Below are positions 28,297-32,000 of a stretch of 32,000 nucleotides of DNA, piece after piece. The stretch covers positions 990,001-1,022,000 of the forward strand of contig NC_020304.1 of assembly GCF_000341395.1 (NCBI RefSeq), in the 5' to 3' direction. The stretch is from Desulfocapsa sulfexigens DSM 10523 (GTDB taxonomy: Bacteria; Desulfobacterota; Desulfobulbia; Desulfobulbales; Desulfocapsaceae). The position numbers and the translations under genes were made by a program. The notes beneath the pieces are model-generated. The model did no database searches, was not told the origin of the DNA, and saw nothing but the letters and a program-made list of their open reading frames with translations. The stretch's first letter is position 1. Every line of letters starts with the position of its first letter.

Positions 28297-29688
28297 TCAT
28301 TCATATTCTTCCCGATATTTTCGTACCACGTAGAGGGCAATGACATTCAGGATTAGAGTCACGATAAAAAGCAGTAACCCAAGAGCGAAGGCAACCAGTG
28401 TTTTGGGGCTATCAAATTCCTGATCACCCACCAGTAAAGTCACAATCTGTACCGTCACCGTGGTTACCGCCTGCAGTGGATTTGCAGTAAGATTAGCTGA
28501 AAGGCCAGCTGCCATCACCACAATCATGGTTTCACCAATTGCCCTTGATGCCGCCAGCAGTACTCCACCCACGATCCCAGGGAGAGCCGCAGGAATAATA
28601 ACGTTCATGATGGTTTCGCTCTTCGTCGCTCCCAATCCATAAGACCCGTCCCGCATGGCCTGAGGGACAGCATTGATCACATCGTCGGAAAGCGAAGAGA
28701 CAAATGGGATGATCATAATACCCATTACAAGACCTGCGGCGAGTGCACTTTCAGAAGAAACATTGAGACCTAGCATCTCTCCGCTGTTACGAACAAAGGG
28801 AGCAACCACCAGGGCTGCAAAAAAACCATAGACTACGGTGGGTACACCGGCAAGAATCTCCATGATTGGCTTGGCCCAGGCACGAACTCTGCTGTTTGCG
28901 TACTCGGAAAGATAAATGGCTGACATCAGACCGATGGGAACGGCAACCGTGAGAGCAATCCCCGAAATCATAAAAGTACCGGCAAGTACGGGTACGGCAC
29001 CAAAACTCCCTGAACTTCCAGCCTGATCAGCACGCATGGCCATCTGCGGGCTCCACTTCATCCCAAAAAGAAAATCCGTAACCGGCACCTGCTGAAAAAA
29101 TCTGATGGATTCGAAAAGCACTGAGAGTACGATGCCGAGGGTGGTGAGGATGGCAATTGTGGAACATAGGACCAGGCCCAGCTGAATGATCCGCTCCACA
29201 TGGTTTCTGGCACGCATTTCAGGACGAATACGCATATAGACCAGTGAGGCGGAAAGCAGTGCCACTGAGAACATGACCACTCCGAGGGCAACCCGTCCGA
29301 TACGTTCCATCCCCTGATATTGAACCGCTGCCTGCTGCAATAGCGGATCTATGTCCCTGGCAGCAACATGGCCCGCAACCAGATTACGAAGGTCATTAAC
29401 CAGTAGATTCGATTGATCGGCAGACAGGTTATGCATTGAAGCAGGCAGGGTTTTCAGAGCCAGTGCAGTTAATATGGTATCCGAAAGAACCATCCAGACC
29501 CCGAATACCAGCAGGGCTGGAAGAACACACCATACTGCAGTGAGCATCCCATAATAACCGGGCCGTGAATGAAGGCTCCTCGAACCGCACAATCTGCCAC
29601 CAGACAACGAAAAAGCCCGTCGCTTTCCCTGCATATAGGCAAATGAGGCTATGGCCATTAAAATGATAAGAAAGAAAGAAGATGACAT
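28297..29688 (-). CDS. pstC: Phosphate ABC transporter permease
   Basis: 463 aa; VPIGLMSAIYLSEYA, EILAGVPTVVYGFFAALVVAPF, GLGATKSETIMNVIIPAALPGIVGGVLLAASRAIGETMIV. Confidence 0.92.
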   Translation of the reverse strand: MSSSFFLIILMAIASFAYMQGKRRAFSLSGGRLCGSRSLHSRPGYYGMLTAVWCVLPALLVFGVWMVLSDTILTALALKTLPASMHNLSADQSNLLVNDLRNLVAGHVAARDIDPLLQQAAVQYQGMERIGRVALGVVMFSVALLSASLVYMRIRPEMRARNHVERIIQLGLVLCSTIAILTTLGIVLSVLFESIRFFQQVPVTDFLFGMKWSPQMAMRADQAGSSGSFGAVPVLAGTFMISGIALTVAVPIGLMSAIYLSEYANSRVRAWAKPIMEILAGVPTVVYGFFAALVVAPFVRNSGEMLGLNVSSESALAAGLVMGIMIIPFVSSLSDDVINAVPQAMRDGSYGLGATKSETIMNVIIPAALPGIVGGVLLAASRAIGETMIVVMAAGLSANLTANPLQAVTTVTVQIVTLLVGDQEFDSPKTLVAFALGLLLFIVTLILNVIALYVVRKYREEYE

Positions 29689-29689
29689 T

Positions 29690-30352
29690 CTAATTCATCT
29701 CCCCGCGGACAATTTTCCCTTCTACGAGGTAAATAACCTCTTCTGCAATATTTTTAATCCTGTCCCCGATGCGCTCAAGGTGCCGAGCCAGCAGATAGAG
29801 ATTCACCAGACATTTTGCATGACCAGGTTCTGTATTCAACTCTCTTGTCACATCACGATACGCCTGGTTCCGCAACTGGTTCACCAATTCATCTTCAACA
29901 AAGACCCTCCTGGCCAGATCTGCATTTTCGGTAACGAGAGAATCCAGCCCCAGCTTAAACATACTGAGAACCATACCGAACATTGGCTGGTAATCTATGG
30001 TAAACTCCAGACTGGAATCCTTGCTGATAGTTTGAATACGCTTGGCAATATTTACGGCGTTGTCGGCGATGCGCTCCAGTTCATTATTTATCTTAATAAT
30101 AGCAATGAGGAGGCGTAGATCACTGGCCACGGGCTGGTGGAGAGCCAGAATTTTGAGACATTCCTCTTCCACCTCGATTTCCATCTCATCAATCTCCCAA
30201 TCGGAACTGATGATCTCCTGAAGCAGATCCGGATCTCTGCTCTGCATGGCAAGACTGGCCTTTTGCAGACGGTCTTCAACCATTGAACCCAGTACCATGA
30301 ATTTCTGTTTTACCTTGTCAATTTCCCTGTGAAACGTAAGATGATGAGCCAC
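29690..30352 (-). CDS. phoU: Phosphate-specific transport system accessory protein
   Basis: 220 aa; repeats such as SSDWEIDEMEIEVEEECLKILALHQPVASDLRLLIAIIKINNELERIADNAVNIAKR and NLYLLARHLERIGDRIKNIAEEVIYLVEG. Confidence 0.95.
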   Translation of the reverse strand: MAHHLTFHREIDKVKQKFMVLGSMVEDRLQKASLAMQSRDPDLLQEIISSDWEIDEMEIEVEEECLKILALHQPVASDLRLLIAIIKINNELERIADNAVNIAKRIQTISKDSSLEFTIDYQPMFGMVLSMFKLGLDSLVTENADLARRVFVEDELVNQLRNQAYRDVTRELNTEPGHAKCLVNLYLLARHLERIGDRIKNIAEEVIYLVEGKIVRGEMN

Positions 30353-30549
30353 AATAGATTCTCCTGAAGAATTCTTAAGTAATGTTCATGCTCCTTAGAC
30401 CAGATCTGTTTTAGAATCAGGTTAGAGTTTTATTCGGATTGCGTTAGGGGCCTTTTTTTTTGTTGCAGGCTCAAAATTGCCAGGTAGGATTAATTCAGTG
30501 ACAGAGGAATCTCCCCAAATCCTATAAGCAGACAATCAGGAGCCGCCCA

Positions 30550-31248
30550 TTGAGCAAAGCAAGTATCCTCGTCGTAGAAGACGATGCAGATATCCAGCAG
30601 CTTGTCAGCTATAATCTGATCAAGGCAGGTTTTAACGTAACCTGTGCCGACTCTGGTGAAGAGGCTCTACAGATCCTCGATCAGGAGCAGGTTGACCTGA
30701 TACTCCTCGACCTTATGCTGCCGGGGAAAGACGGTATAGAGGTGTGCACCATAATCAGGGCCAAGACCGATTTGGTCCAACCACCCATCATTATGCTCAC
30801 AGCGAAAAGCGAGGAAGATGACATTATCACGGGTCTCAGTTGCGGAGCCGACGACTATGTCACCAAACCCTTCAGTCCGCGGGTACTTATCGCCAGAGTT
30901 CAGGCACTGTTGAGAAGGAAGCAGGAAAAGACCATTCGGGAAAATCGTTCTGACAGTGAAAGCATTCATATCCATTCCATGGTTATCCACCCCGGTCGCC
31001 ATGAAGTTTTGATTGATGGCCAACAGATCCATCTCACAGCCACAGAATTCACCATTCTGGAACAACTTGCCGGACGCCCCGGATGGGTCTACAGCCGTCA
31101 GCAGATCATCGATAAAATCCGTGGCTATGACTATCTTATCACCTCAAGGGCCGTTGATGTTCAGATCTTTGGTTTGCGTAAAAAACTCGGTGACATGGGA
31201 AGTTATATAGAAACCGTTCGTGGAATTGGGTACCGCTTAAAGGAATGA
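30550..31248 (+). CDS. phoB: Phosphate regulon response regulator (OmpR/PhoB family), TTG start
   Basis: 232 aa; ILVVEDDADI, DLILLDLMLPGKDG, CGADDYVTKPFSPR, winged-helix SRAVDVQIFGLRKKLGD; divergent from phoU-pst. TTG at 30550 is preceded by AGGAG. Confidence 0.9.
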   Translation: MSKASILVVEDDADIQQLVSYNLIKAGFNVTCADSGEEALQILDQEQVDLILLDLMLPGKDGIEVCTIIRAKTDLVQPPIIMLTAKSEEDDIITGLSCGADDYVTKPFSPRVLIARVQALLRRKQEKTIRENRSDSESIHIHSMVIHPGRHEVLIDGQQIHLTATEFTILEQLAGRPGWVYSRQQIIDKIRGYDYLITSRAVDVQIFGLRKKLGDMGSYIETVRGIGYRLKE

Positions 31249-31333
31249 AAAAGTGTTTTATGGTATGAGGTCTTCAATCTGCTGTGAGACCAAGTGGCCG
31301 TTCTATCGTTAACCATTTTGCAGGTAGCTTTCT

Positions 31334-32000
31334 ATGAAAAACAGACGATTTTTCTGGCAGATTTTCCCATCTGCCCTCTTTATTATCATCATCTCGATTG
31401 GTGCTGCCGGCTGGTATGGAACACAACTGATCCGTTCCTTTCATTACCATGAAATGGAGGAAGATATTGGAGATCGTGCCTTACTGCTGCGCCCCCATAT
31501 CATACAGTTACTGGACTCCAACGATGACCAGCTTCAGGAATTCTGCCGCCAGACAGGGCGGGCTGCCACCACCAGGATTACGGTTATTGCAGGTAACGGG
31601 ACGGTACTCGCCGATTCCAATGAAGATCCATCTCAGATGGATAACCATAAAAACAGACCTGAGATCCAGACCGCAATCACAGGAAAGATGGATGCATCCC
31701 TGAGATTCAGTAAGACACTGAGTCAGAATATGCTTTATGTGGCTATTCCTCTGAACGACGACAACCCGCAGGATGGAGTACTCCGTCTTTCAGTATCAGC
31801 TGCAGCACTCGACGCTGTTATCGCCTCTCTCCATAAACAAATACTCTACGGTATCTTTTTTATAGCTCTTGTCGCCGCAGGACTTTCCTATTACCTGGCG
31901 CGTCGCATCAGCAGCCCCCTTGAAGAAATGCGCCGGGGGGCTGAACGACTGGCAGGAGGAGACACAGATCGTCCCATTATTATTAACGACAACAGTATTC
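31334..32000 (+). CDS. phoR: PhoR-like sensor histidine kinase, partial (runs off the window end)
   Basis: MKNRRFFWQIFPSALFIIIISIGAAGWYGTQLIRSFHYHEMEEDIGDRALLLR... with second TM and HAMP-like YYLARRISSPLEEMRRGAERLAGGD; lies directly after phoB. Confidence 0.82.
   Translation, partial: MKNRRFFWQIFPSALFIIIISIGAAGWYGTQLIRSFHYHEMEEDIGDRALLLRPHIIQLLDSNDDQLQEFCRQTGRAATTRITVIAGNGTVLADSNEDPSQMDNHKNRPEIQTAITGKMDASLRFSKTLSQNMLYVAIPLNDDNPQDGVLRLSVSAAALDAVIASLHKQILYGIFFIALVAAGLSYYLARRISSPLEEMRRGAERLAGGDTDRPIIINDNSI

Noticed and set aside
1-32000. Search by eye for CRISPR arrays, tRNA/rRNA genes, toxin-antitoxin pairs, intact transposases, integrases or known defence-system genes.
   Set aside because: None found. 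The window is mostly housekeeping, signalling and phosphate-regulon genes with small decaying patches.

Overview
This 32 kb window looks like a bacterial chromosome segment, probably from a sulfate-reducer-like deltaproteobacterium (inferred from gene style only). It is mostly housekeeping and signalling genes. In order, the window contains: a partial extended-SDR epimerase with a U32-family protein; a pentaheme c-type cytochrome; a MOSC protein; an orphan PhnD-like binding protein with a hybrid histidine kinase; ilvA; a STAS-PilZ protein; pyrF; fabI; an MFS transporter, a CdsA-like protein and a CDP-alcohol phosphatidyltransferase; an MMPL/RND transporter, a LolA-like protein and a DUF1302-like protein; a hydantoinase/oxoprolinase family protein; a Fur/PerR-type regulator; rubrerythrin; a rubredoxin-domain membrane protein; and the pst/pho regulon (pstB, pstS, pstA, pstC and phoU on minus, phoB and partial phoR on plus). 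I see no CRISPR array, no intact mobile element, no RNA gene I can name and no convincing new defence system. The most interesting non-coding signal is a roughly 170-nt nested inverted repeat at 7188-7357. It has a 27-bp near-perfect stem whose three non-Watson-Crick positions are all G:U compatible on the + strand only. It sits next to a decaying response-regulator gene. Three gene remnants can be reconstructed by reading across frames: two response regulators (7411-7742 and about 9087-9420) and a CBS-domain/PPK2 polyphosphate kinase remnant (24308-24848).
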